A stretch of 64,000 nucleotides of DNA from Lepidodermella squamata (taxonomy: Eukaryota > Animalia > Gastrotricha), in assembly GCA_047495785.1 (NCBI GenBank), contig JBLDXI010000004.1:2294001-2358000 (forward strand), in the 5' to 3' direction. The notes under the pieces are model-generated. The model had not been told where the DNA came from. It was given only the letters and a program-made list of their open reading frames with translations, and ran no database searches. The position numbers and the translations under genes were made by a program. Below, in pieces: positions 24,280 through 36,413 of the stretch (positions within the stretch are counted from its first letter, which is position 1; every line of letters begins with the position of its first letter).

Positions 24280-24577
24280 ACCCAAGTTGAACCATCCGGG
24301 CAAATATTGTAACACTTCTTGCCGTTTGACGTGTCGCATTGAGCAGCATACTGGGGTGAATACAAAATTCGTAAATGAGTTAACAAAGTATTAGATTTAT
24401 TGATGTTGAAGAACAGCCTATTTTTGGACCCGGTTCTTCATTGTTCTTCAACATCAATAAATCTAATACTTTGTTAACTCATTTACGAATTTTGTATTCA
24501 CCCCGGTATGCTGCTCAATGCGACACGTCAAACGGCAAGAAGTGTTACAATATTTGCCCGGATGGTTCAACTCGGGT
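24280..24577. repeat. Near-perfect palindrome (136-bp arms, 26-bp spacer) containing lectin exon 8
   Basis: 24280-24415 is the reverse complement of 24442-24577 with 2 mismatches. Confidence 0.93.
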
Positions 24578-25340
24578 GAGCTTTTAAATCTTCTTCACAC
24601 TAAGGAACTTGAATAATGATCATGTCATCAAATCCAGCTGAAAATTTATTCCAACTCGACGAAACTCGCTGATAACTACCTGAAACTGACCTGAAACCAG
24701 CCACTCTTCTGAATTATTTCCTCTCCTCGCTGACTGCTGGCAACTTCCGCCAACAATTCGACGCGTGTAAGGCGGTACCAAGAGCCCGTTTGGCGACCTT
24801 CTCATCGCCGGCTGATTACACGGCGGCCAACCAAGTCGCATCTACTTCGAACTCGTCTGTCTTCGTCGGCTTGGTAGCTGATTTCACGTGGGAAGATTGC
24901 AGTCTTGTTGCGATCGATTCACCTTTCTGGATTGCTGGCTTTCCCCCGACAAACTACGGCCAATGTGAGCTTGGTTCATTTCCTTGGTTCAGAGTTCAGA
25001 GTTCAGAGCCGGTAACATTTCCAGTTCCAACTGGTTTGCGAATTTCACGGATTTTTTTCGATGTAACCATGGGGCTTTTTCGAAGCGGTCTCGCCAGTCG
25101 ATAGATCTAGTGTAAGGTAGGTGTTGGGTGAAGAGACTCCCTATTCTGTTTGTCATCTGTTCACTTTCTTTCGTTGGTTTGCAGGTATGGCGATGACACA
25201 GGACGGCTTTCAGGACTTTCCATGCGGCGGATCCACAGCTGGTCTTTGCGGCAATGTAAGTTTACTGCCTTTTTGTGATCAACCACTATTATGAACTGTT
25301 GTTATTGTCGAAGAGTCCGTCAAGCCTTGAACGCTCACCT
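24507..25340 (+). pseudogene. Lectin-family copy E (exons 8-11), disrupted
   Basis: Exon 8 acceptor mutated to GG, frameshift at 24680, CTLD1 exon to ~24964, exon ~25186-25255, exon 11 interrupted after ~25335. Confidence 0.85.
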
Positions 25341-25700
25341 TTGAATGGCAATAGGAACACGGTGATCAAGCTGACAGGAAGACGTGTCGCCGACTACGGA
25401 GCCAAGGGCACAATCCTCGAGTGCGTTCCTGCTGGTAACACCGCCAAGCAAATTCACCCGAGGCCGCGGTTTCCTCCCTCCCGGTGTAGGACGCCATTCA
25501 CCGGCAATCAAGATATGGCTACTCAGCACGCAAAGCCTGAGGACCATGGTTTGACCATCAATCATGGGAATAGTTGACTCATAAGCCTTGTGATGATGTC
25601 TGATACCACATGCTAAATGTCGAAAGGCAACTTGCAATAAAGAGTATGAGTATGAGATGAGTACGGTGGCGGCTTCCTGCGTCAGCATCTCGAAAGCTTT
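25340..25700 (-). mobile_element. Possible degenerate RTE-type LINE 3' fragment
   Basis: LTQEAATVL..YSLLQVAF...RLCVLSSHI...WRPTPGGRKPRP loosely resembles RTE RT C-terminus; interrupts copy E. Confidence 0.3.
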
Positions 25701-25929
25701 GATGATGATCAGCTACTTGGAAAGTTGAAGTTGTGATTATTTCAACCTATTTACCGATATCGAGCTATAGTTTTGATGTATTGTGTTAACACTTATAACA
25801 ATCGAAAATAGAGTAAATAAAAGCAGCAGCGCAACCGTAGTTTCACGTAGTTTTCGAAAAAAAGTCGGCAATTTTTATGCATATTTAGATAACCTTGCCC
25901 CAAATGGGCTTTATAGAGCATTCAATTTC

Positions 25930-26190
25930 CGTGTCTTCAGGGCAGACGAGAATCACTGGGCTAGCTGTCGACGATATCGGCCGGTGTGCCTATGGAATTT
26001 TCAGAGACCCGACCTGGATGGGCAAGCGGATCGCCATAGCCAGCGAATTTCTAACATCGCCCAAGAGGAAATCGCCCGGTATCGCCCGGTTCCGTTTGAC
26101 GTGTTCCGAAAATTCACTTTTCCCGAATATTTTTCAAATGTGGCACGATTTTTCGGATGAAAAGCTCGAAAAAGCTCAACCCGAAAATGA
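25930..26190 (+). pseudogene. NmrA-like gene fragment
   Basis: GQTRITGLAVDDIGRCAYGIFRDPTWMGKRIAIA; deleted and frameshifted copy of ~27950-28275. Confidence 0.85.
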
Positions 26191-26855
26191 TGGTGAAATA
26201 AGGCCGCCTGATTAGTAAAATCGATTCATGAAATCGATATCGTAAAAGGATCCTGATTGCTTTTAATCATTTCGGAATTATTTCGCGATCCTGATATGGC
26301 GTGGAAATTCCGCAAATTAAATTCTTGTTTCACATGTTCCGTGAAATCATCATTGATAAAAACATAAATAGTTAAATATCTTAGCTATAAAGGCGCGCGA
26401 TCTAAAATACAATAATTGAGATGAATCTATACCGTATCCATTTAATAATGGCGATCAATTTTGTTTATTACTGTTATCTTAAATAAGGAAAATATGCTTG
26501 GCCATTAAATTTCAACTTTTGTTTTTCTAATTTTGCTATATTATCATTTCATTAATTAAATTCCCTGGCTGGAACTGCAAGAGAACAAATTACAGCAATG
26601 CGTGACCTAGAAACAAGTGATCAATAAAAAAACCGCACACTTTCGATGCGTATTGCTTTGACCGACTTGGGAGACAAAAGCGGGGTGAGCGACAGCTCCC
26701 AAGTCTCCCAAGTCTCCCAAGTTGGTCAAAAACGCTTATATAAGATGCGAGATGCGAGCGTTGTGTGCACGTCGAGTTTTTTCTAAACACGCATTTTGTG
26801 GTTTTTTCTGCTATTAAATCGTAAAATTTCCGTAAAAGAATTTTCCAAAATTTCA

Positions 26856-28327
26856 ATGACAACCGAGAAGAAAATTATCTCTGTCATTGGAGCGACTGGC
26901 CAGCAGGTGATTTATTTTCAATAATTTCGGGAATTTAACCGCGAATTAAATTTTCCTTATTTTATTATCTGCATTTTTAAAGGGCGGTGCTCTTGTCCGA
27001 GCGATTTTGGAAGATCCTGAAACTCCATTCAAAGCTCGAGCGCTGACTAGGGATCCAAACTCAGCCGCTTCCAAGGCCTTGGCTGCTAAAGGCGTTGAAG
27101 TGGTTCAGGTCGATGCGAATAATGAAGACGCCCTAGCTGAGGCTATCAAAGGCTCGTATGGCTTGTATTGCGTTTCTGTGCTCGATTGGAATGACCCGGA
27201 TACGGAGATTCACCTCATTAAATCAATGGCAAATGCTGCAAGGTATGAAAAATCCTTCAATTTCCCAATTTTTCAATAAATTAAAACTCATAATTTATTA
27301 GAATAATTTTTGGTTGATTTATAATTTAAAGTGGAGCTTGTTTCAATTTTTCTCAATATTTATCTTTTAATTTTTGTTTCAATTTCAATTTCAAAATATT
27401 CTCGAGACATTGCTAAATTTCGAATCGAAAATTAATGTAATTTTTTGAACTTTCAAAAATGTTTATTTCATCAATAAATTATTAAAAAATGTCAAAATAT
27501 TTTGAGGATCTCAATTTTATTTCTACCGATTTATTTATTTTTCCCGAATTTTGTTGAAATTTTTCAAATTTTCAAATTAAATTTTGAATTGTTCGAAAAT
27601 ATCCAAATTTTAAAATGGAATTCAACTCTCTATTTTCCATGATTTTTAATTTAATTTCAATTGTTGAAAAAAATTCACATCGAATCTTTTGTACCATAGG
27701 AAAGCTGGGATCAAGCACGTTATTTGGTCTACCCTGGATGATCCATCGAAATTCATCCCACTGAGCGATGACCGCATGCCAACTCTTCACGGCAAGTACA
27801 AGGTGCCTCATTACGAAACGAAATCGCAATCGGACAAATTTTTTGCCGACCAACCCGTGACCTACATGATGACACCCTGCTTTTGGGACAATTTCTACAC
27901 CGGCGCCTTCCCAATCCGCCGCGGCCAGGATGGAAAATTATCGACTTCAGTGCCTTTAGGGCAGACGAGAATCCCTGGTTTAGCTGTCGACGATATCGGC
28001 CGATGTGCCTATGGAATTTTCAAAGACCCGACCTGGATCGGCAAGCGAATCGCCATAGCCATCGAATTTCTAACAATTCCTGAGCATCTTGAGAAAATTT
28101 CGAAAATTATCGGCGAAGAAATTGCGTACCGGCCGGTTCCGTTTGATGTTTTCCGAAAATTCCCATTTCCCGGCGCGGCTGATCTTGGGAATATGTTTCA
28201 AATGTGGGTCGAGTTTTCGGAGGAAATCGGTGGGATTCGAGATCTGGAAGGGTCGAAAAAGCTGAACCCGAAAATGATGAATTTCGATCAATTTTTGGCG
28301 AAATACGGCCATCTCATTCGCACTTGA
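26856..28327 (+). CDS. NMRAL1: NmrA-like family atypical SDR / NAD(P)-binding protein (HSCARG-like), 3 exons
   Basis: Exons 26856-26906 (KIISVIGATGQQ), 26983-27242 (GG...RALTRDPNS), 27700-28327 (KHVIWSTL...KVPHYETK...FPGAADLGNMF). Symbol is family-level, not an orthology claim. Confidence 0.92.
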
Positions 28328-28631
28328 AATGACTCGGAAATTAACAATAATTACTTTGACCTAGTTTTAGGCCCATGTTAATTCGCTGTTAATTGCACAT
28401 CTATTGGCAATGCAATAAAAATTATTAAAAAAATTGTTTTTTTTTGTAAACTAATCTCGTTCCAAGGGACATTTTTTTATCATTCAGCCGCAAAAACGAG
28501 GACGAAAGATAAATATTTGTACATCTGCGAATACGCCGCTCAACTGCAATATAAAAGTGCCTTATATAAGAACGCAGCTAGATCATTTTTCCATCTTTTT
28601 TCAAAAAATCTTGAGAATTCCTAATAATCCA

Positions 28632-30107
28632 ATGGCTGCTGATAAAAAGATCATCTCGATCATCGGATCAACTGGGCATCAGGTAATATTTTGTTTCAAT
28701 TTTTGAAATTTTTAGAATTTTTGAAAATATTTCAATTTTATTTTTGGAAAATTAAAAAGGGTGGTGGCGTTGTTCAAGCAATTTTAGAGGATGAAAATTC
28801 GCCTTATATGGCTCGAGCTTTGACTCGAGATGCGAATTCTGCGAAAGCTCAAGCTTTGATGCAGCAAGGTGTCGAGGTGGTTCAGGTCGATCCTTACGAT
28901 GAGGACGCTTTGGCTGAGGCTATTAAAGGATCCTATGGCCTATTTTGCGTATCAGTTCCAACTTTTGGGAATCCTGATCGAGAGGCATCCCTCATTCGAT
29001 CCATGGCAAATGCAGCAAGGTAATTTGAAAAAATTCAAATTTTTGAAATTTCAATTTTCAACGCAAGATTTTTGAATTTTTAAATTTTTCATAAAATTTT
29101 GTAATTATTCCTCAATTTCCAAAACTGTATAAAAATTGTGTCTCAAGTTGAAATTTATTTTGATAATTTTTTAATTTAAATTTCAAATTTTAGGAAAGCT
29201 GGCTTTCAGCACGTCGTTTGGTCTACTTTGGAAGACACTCGAAAATATATCCCGGCTGATAGCGAAAGTATTCCCACCCTTTACGGCCGGTACAAAGTCC
29301 CGCCGCTTGACGTGAAAGGCGAATCTGACACATTTTTCGCTGACCTGCCTACAACTTACCTGTGTTAACACCTGGATTTTACGACAATTTCCTACTTCCA
29401 GGGCAAAGCTTGCGACCGACCCCTGATGGGAAAATTCTATTCACGTTCCCGGGAGGAGACACGCCAATGCCAGTAAGGAATTTAAATCTTTAAAATCTCG
29501 CAGTTTTTTAAATTTTTGAAATTAATTTTTTTAAACTTTAAAATTTAAAATGAACAATTGAGGATAATGCACTTTCAAAAATTTCTAATAATATTGGCTA
29601 AAAGTGAAAATTTTCAAATTCAGTTTTTCGAATTTTAAATTGGACTTGAACATTTAATTAAAATTTAGAAAATATTTGAAACATTTAAAAAATTTTAAAA
29701 TTTAAAATTCACAAATAATTCATCTTTTTTTAATTATTTGACTTTCAATATTTCAGGGCATTGTTGGTGAAGATATCGGAAGATCGGCTTATGGAATTTT
29801 TAAAGACCCCAGCTACATCGGCCGTCGAGTTGGTATAGCCGCCGAATTGTTAAAGGGCGCCGATTTCGCTGAAAAATTGTCCAAATTCCTCGGTAAAGAG
29901 GTCATTTTCGCACCGACGCCAATTGAACTAATTCGAAAAATGCCATTCCCTGGCGCCGCTGAAATCGCCAATATGAACCAATTTTTCCGCGAATTCGCTC
30001 ATGTTCTTCAAAACGGCCGCGATCCGATTGAAACTCGAAAGCTGAACCCAAAGGTCATGAGCTTCGAACAATTTCTGGCTAAATACGGCGATAAAATTAA
30101 AATATGA
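28632..30107 (+). pseudogene. NmrA-like paralog 2, 4 exons, frameshifted
   Basis: Exons 28632-28682, 28760-29019, 29194-29472, 29757-30107; 2 extra nt near 29361 (TAC-CT-GTGTTA) give TTYLC-stop. Confidence 0.8.
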
Positions 30108-30372
30108 AAAGAAAATAAATTCCCAAGAGCCCCAATATCACTTGTCACGCGCATTTGACCTGATTTACAGGGACGCCTTATCAGGCACCCTGCTGTAGTA
30201 CTCTTGAGTAAATACATTTGAATGGAATAAAAAAAGCTTTTCTCCTTTTTTCATGCCTCGTCTTAATACAATAATAAGCTTTATTCTCGAAAAAATAAAT
30301 TCAGCAGAAATAATTGTTATTTTCAGAATTTTCAGCCCTAAATCAGGCAATTGAGTTCGAATTTTTCGTATT

Positions 30373-30777
30373 TTATGGGAAGCAATAGCTGATTGGGCCT
30401 TTGAGCGGGGTTTGCGATCTCGGCTTCATTTCCTTGATTTTATGCAGAGCGTTTATCGAGCTGCAACAGTCGCGGAATGACGTAAATTTTTCGATAGGGT
30501 GAGCCTATAGGATAATTTTTTTTTATTTAGAATTTTTTGAAATTTGTAGACACCTTACCACATGAGTTGGGTAGTGACAACTGTTGGCGATATTCCAGCA
30601 GTATTTCACGATAGGGTTCGTCCCGGGTAGGGTGCACAGAAGCCACGGCTGTATAAATTAATTAAAAAATTAAAAAAAATTGAAAATTCATTTAAAAAAA
30701 TTCCTTACATCATTATCAGCGGCATAAGCAGCTGATCCGAAAATCAATACGGTAAAAATAACGTAAAATGCCTTCAT
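30373..30777 (-). CDS. Small secreted cysteine-rich protein (96 aa, 3 exons) with one four-Cys module
   Basis: Exons 30777-30709 (MKAFYVIFTVLIFGSAAYAADND), 30648-30559 (PWLLCTLPGTNPIVKYCWNIANSCHYPTHV), 30504-30373 (AHPIEKFTSFRDCCSSINAL...ISYCFP-stop); GTAAGG donors, CAG/TAG acceptors, all phase 0. Confidence 0.82.
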
Positions 30778-31820
30778 TGTGATTTTGCAAATATTTGATT
30801 TTGAAATACAGTTGAAATTTATATTTTTTTACGGATCGCGTGCTTGTTTTAGACACGCGCTGCGAGTGTTCGCAGCAGGTTTTATTTTTACAGGAGTTGT
30901 TTTTGTTTTGAATATTTAGGAAAATTCAAAATCATGTCAAGTGGCGTTAAAAAAATCAGGTAAAAAGTTATGCAAAAATATGAAAAAATTAAGGATGGCC
31001 AATTTTGGACAGGCTCAATTTGGACAAAATTTCCCATTCCAACTTTCCAACGGTACCAAATTAAAGGTATTCTGAAATATGTTTTTTAATAAATATGAAG
31101 GTGGGAAGTCTCAAAACGTCGATTTGGGACCCCTTATTCCCGGTCATCCTGAAAGCCGATTTCTCTTAAAAATTTACTAGCAGTAGTTGACACCATGAAC
31201 TGGCGAGCTGTGGAATAAAATGGGACATTTGGCGCTAGGGATTTTTTATAGATGATGTGGTGCAATTTTGAGTATAAATAATGACGTCCTCACTTTCTTG
31301 GCACAACGAGACATTTTTTGGGAATTTAAAAAAATGCGTCTGTACGCATCCCGACCATTATGAATATATGCTAATGTGGTGTCCGAATTCATCGAATCCA
31401 TCCACAATTTATATTAAATCAAAGTGACAAGGGAAAATTACGAAATTTTGCATAGACAAGGGAATTGGGTCCCTCCCTCATGCCCTGAAATTGCCACAAT
31501 TTTATAATTTTTTCGTGATTTTCTAGAATAGATAGCCATGTTTTTGTCCAAATTAACCACCTTCAAGTTACTGCGCTTTGACTCGCAATGTGTCCCTGTA
31601 ATCTGGGCCATCGGTGAACTTGTGGACATCGATCAATAAATCTTATAGGAATACACCCGCTCTTCTTATTGACGCGCTTGAATTAGCCATTCAATTGAAT
31701 ACGCTAGGTTTTTTTTTTCTTCAAATATTTCCATTTTCCTAATCCTTATTTTATCCTGCCCATTTTTAGATAATTTTTAAATACATATTGCTTGTGCTCT
31801 GTTTCGTGTCGTAATTTCTT

Positions 31821-33167
31821 ATGGCGTCCGGCAAGACAATTATTTCCGTAATCGGCTCAACTGGCCATCAGGTTACCTTTCTTAAATCTGTCCATATATT
31901 CAAAATTTAAACTTCCATCGCAAACTTTCTAGGGCGGTGGGGTTATTAAAGGCATTTTGGAGGACGACAATTCGCCTTTCATCGCTCGAGCCTTGACTCG
32001 AGATGCGAATTCAGCCAAAGCTCAGGCTCTGAAGCAGCAAGGTGTCGAGGTGGTTCAAGTCGATCCTTATAATGAGGATGCTTTAGCTGAGGCTATTAAA
32101 GGATCCTATGGCCTGTTTTGCGTATCTTTGACCCAGTTCGGCAACCCGGATAAGGAAACAGCTATGATTAAATCGATGGCTAATGCTGCAAGGTGACTAA
32201 CTTGACCTTAATTCGTGGCTTTGATCAATTTTCAGTTTCCTTAAAAATGTTAGGAAATTCAGAAAACTTCAGGAAATTGAAACAAATTTAAATTTGAATT
32301 TTTGAAATTTAAAAACATTAATTTCCCAATGATAATTTTTTTGATATTCTGTTCTTTTAGGAAGGCGAATATCAAGCACGTTGTTTGGTCGACTCTGGAG
32401 GACACGCGTAAATTCATCGCAGCCGATGACGAGCGGTACCCGACTATGTACGGCCGGTACAAAGTCCCACCGCTGGACGTAAAAGGCGAGGGCGACGAAT
32501 TTTTCGCCGATCTCCCAACAACTTACGTTTCAACGCCCGGATTCTACGACAATTTTGCGTCGCCAGGCCAGAGTGTTCGCAAAATGCCCGATGGGAAAAT
32601 CGTTTTCGCATTTTCAGGCGGCAATGACCTCAAACCAGTGAGAAATTCATAAAAATAAATTCCTCTAAATTAACAAAAAAATTAAAAAATTAAAATCGAT
32701 TTTACAAAAATTGAAAAATATTGAAATTTTTAAATTTCAAAAATTATTTGAAAATTCTGGAATTTTTTGACCGATATAAATTCAATTTTTTTCGATTTCG
32801 TTTTCAGGGAATTTATGCTGAAGATATTGGCCGATGCGCGTATGGAATTTTCAAAGACCCAAGCTACATCGGGCGTCACTTGGGCGTAGCCGCCGAGCAT
32901 TTAACAGCTTCAGATTACGCGGCTAAAATCTCGAAATTTCTCGGCGTTGAAGTCACCCTGTTTGAGAATCCTATCGAAAACATGCGAAAAATGCCGTTCC
33001 CAGGCGCTGGTGAAATTGCGGCGATGACCCAGTTTTTTCGAGATTTTTCAAAGGAAATGCTGGCGATTCGAGACCCGGCCGAGACGAAGAAACTCAACCC
33101 TAAAGTGTTGAGCTTCGAGCAATTCCTGGAGAAGCACGGCCAAAAGTTGAAGGCTCTGGTGAATTAA
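31821..33167 (+). CDS. NMRAL1: NmrA-like paralog 3, 4 exons
   Basis: Exons 31821-31871 (IISVIGSTGHQ), 31933-32192, 32361-32637, 32808-33167; open frame throughout. Symbol is family-level. Confidence 0.9.
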
Positions 33168-33757
33168 CTATGGAAACATTAATTGAGTTGAAAAAATGAA
33201 AAATAAAATAAAATTAATTTTTGAAAAAAATAATAAATAATTATGATATTCAATATTTTAACAAAAAAATATTTTTCTTGGCGCCAATCCAACAAAAATA
33301 GAGTTTCTCAAATTTTAATCGGAAATATTGATTAATAAAATTGTAAACAGTAAACATTTTTTGAAGTTTGAAAATTTCCGGGATGAGATCTTGATTTTTC
33401 AAAGAAATTTCAATAATTATGATGTTGACTTTCAAAGGTTTTTGGCTCGTTAGAAAGCCCGCACGTCTTGATTACGCGGAAAATTTGATACACGCGACGA
33501 CATGAGGCTATAGCCAAAGCACGTCCGCCTTAATAATTAGCCTCGCGAGACAGGAAATCGGCGCGTTTCCCGTGACGCATCGCAGCCTTATTTACGCCAA
33601 AATAATATCCAATAAATAATGTTGATCAGCCGCAAGACAACAGTCACGAGGCAATTATCAACGTCGCCTTAATGACGCGCATCGCCGGGCTAATTAGGTC
33701 AAGGTAATTACTTGGCTATATAAACGGTCAAAAAAATGAGCAGAAAAATTCGAAAAA

Positions 33758-36306
33758 ATGTCTAAAATCCTCATAATTATTTTTTGTCTCTTGACCTTTG
33801 AGTCGAGCCAGGCTCAAATTTTGAAAAAGCGATATACCGCACTTTTATTCGCTACAGCCACATATACAGGCGCCGAGCCTCGAGACGGCAAAATCTGTCA
33901 AGCGGCTATGCAAGTTGCGGTTGACACTGTCAACGCACGGCGCGACATTCTGGGTGACTACAACATTAAGGTGGACTACCGTGACGAAGGATCTAGCGCT
34001 GTGTTATCGCCGCGCAATTTTATTGGCTTCATGCGCGATTCGAGCGAATTGGCCTCACTTGACCTAGATAACAGGACATTCATCGCGCCGGCCTTTGTCG
34101 GCACCGCACTGGCATGTAACCGAATTTCACGGTTGGTTAATCAAATGAAAATGGTGCAATTTACACCTGGCTGCAGTGGGGAGCAGTTCACGGCGAAACG
34201 GGACATTTACCCGGCGCTGTATCGAAATCGCATCCCGGCCGATCTGCAATACATACCACCTGTTGCGTTTTTCATTGCTGAAAAATCGTGGCAGCAAATC
34301 GGCATTTTGAACTTTGACACCGGCGCCAAGGCCCAGGCTGCGGTTTTGAGGGCTGGTAAGCAGGTCGTTTACAACCCGGTTATTCAAGATTTCGACGATG
34401 CGACCATGCTGGCGATCAAGGCGAGTGATTCGCGAATTTTGCTGGTTCAAAGCGGCGTTGCGGCGCAGTTCACGCTTTTCCTATGCCAGGCGTTTGCTTA
34501 TGGACTGAGGCGACCTAATTACGTGTTCATAACCGCATCGTCAAATTTTATTGACCCATACGCGAGTGACTTAAAATTGCCTACTGGATGCACCAGAAAC
34601 ATGTTCATCGAACAAGTGAGTAAACAATTTTTTTATAAAAAATATTAATTTGAATTTGTATTTGAATTATTTGAAATTTTGAAAATTCCAGCTTAAAATT
34701 CTAAAATTTAAAAGTTTTCGAATTTTTAAAATTTAATTTTTTTCCTAAGTTTCTAGTTTTAAAATTCAAAAATTTTAATATTTTCAATTTTTTCAATTTC
34801 AAACATATTTGAATTTTTTAATTTTTAAAAATAAAAAAATTTCGAATTTTTGAAATCTTAAATTTTCAATTTTCCGAGTTTCGAGTTTCAAAATACAACA
34901 ATTTCAATTAAACTTAATTTTTTCAGGTTGGAATAACATTTTGGGGCGGCCCGTTTGATTTTGCGCTCGAAAATACCGGTCCAAGCGTGTTTGGATACGA
35001 CGTTACAGGCTTCGAAACTCGCCTCGACGCGCTCACCAACTCGTCACGGTCCGCTGATTACGTGCGGAGACACCGCTGCTTCGACGCCATGGCCCAAACA
35101 CTGCTATCTCTTGACGGAGGCGATAAATTACTGAAATCGCAATCAAACGGTTCATTAGGCCTGAAAAGCGCCGATTCGGACCGAGTTCTACAGGCTGTCA
35201 ATCAAAGTGCGGCCGCGACGGATTTCCAGGGTCTTAGAATCGGCCGAATCAAGTATTCACCCCGGCTAGAACTCGACAACGAGCCGCAATATCTGACCCA
35301 ATGGGTTGATGGGGACATGCGCGTCATTCTAAAAGTGACCTTCAACGGGTCCGATGCAAGCAGCCTGCAAGATTTGTCGCAATACGTGTTCACAAAGGTC
35401 CAGGAGCCGGTTTGGTACACCCCGGACAAGAATCCACCTAAAGATTTGTCCCAAGCCACCCACTACTACGAAACATTCAGCCTGGAGGCGTTCGTTATCT
35501 TGGTTGTTATGGTAACGCTTTCCCTAGCAACGGCAGCGTTCTTCGCGTTTTTAACCTGGAAAATGAGACAATTGCCCCTGGCCTTCAATCGGCTGAACCT
35601 ATGGACGATTACAGGGTGTCTGATATCGAATGTAGCCGCTGTTTTGATTTCGACGACATCGTTATGCCTAGCCCAGGTAATTCTAACAACCCTAGGGCTG
35701 TCGCTTAGCAACGGCTTGATTTTCGTCAAAATGCTGCGATACGTCAAAATTTTGCGAAAAATCAAGAATTTAACCAACAATTCGAAGCGATGGCAATCCC
35801 AAGTCCTTATCGGGTCGTTTATCTTCGTCATTTTCAACCTAATCGTCGCCGTTGCTATGGTGATTTATGACCCAATTTCCGAGAAGAAAACAACCGATCC
35901 AGTTGCGTATGACCTAGATTCGGATTCCTATTACGATGTGACAACGTATTATTGCGGGTCAAATAACGGCTATTTCTCAACCTGGGCCATGGCGTTGGCT
36001 GGTCTCCACATTTTCCTACTTATTCTGGCCGCTTTCCTCGCCTACGAAGTTCGAAAGGCCTCAGTTGGTCCTGATTTGAAGCTGGACCTCAAATCGACCC
36101 GGCTATCGACGATGAACGCCCTGACAATTTTTGTGGCTGTAGTTTTCCTGTTCAACGTCGTTCCGCATGACCAGGCTGTTTTTAAGGCGGTTATTGCAGC
36201 ATTTGGCCTGTTTTTGTACTCGAATAGCTGTTCGGCTATTTTACTACTGCCTGTTGCTAGTTACTGGCGCGAAAAAATAACGATGCCCTGCCATTCTCTG
36301 TGTTGA
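33758..36306 (+). CDS. Class C GPCR, GABA-B-receptor-like (Venus-flytrap ectodomain + 7TM), 2 exons, ~745 aa
   Basis: Exons 33758-34615 and 34927-36306; signal peptide, AMQVAVDTVNARRDILGDYNI, YPALYR, FQGLRIGRI, then hydrophobic helices with LN...GC, C...LGLSL.NG..FVK..R, FLAYEVR. Confidence 0.88.
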
Positions 36307-36413
36307 TTTTCATTGCAATGCGGTGAGCTAGCGGTTACATGTCCATTTGAAATTTGTGATCCCAAATCCTAATAAAATCTAAATTATCACGTGATTTAAG
36401 CCGCTTATTGGGA

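Noticed and set aside
34127-35837. Minus-strand ORFs over the GPCR, and similar shadows over lectin, NmrA and GT exons
   Set aside because: Antisense shadows of real coding exons.
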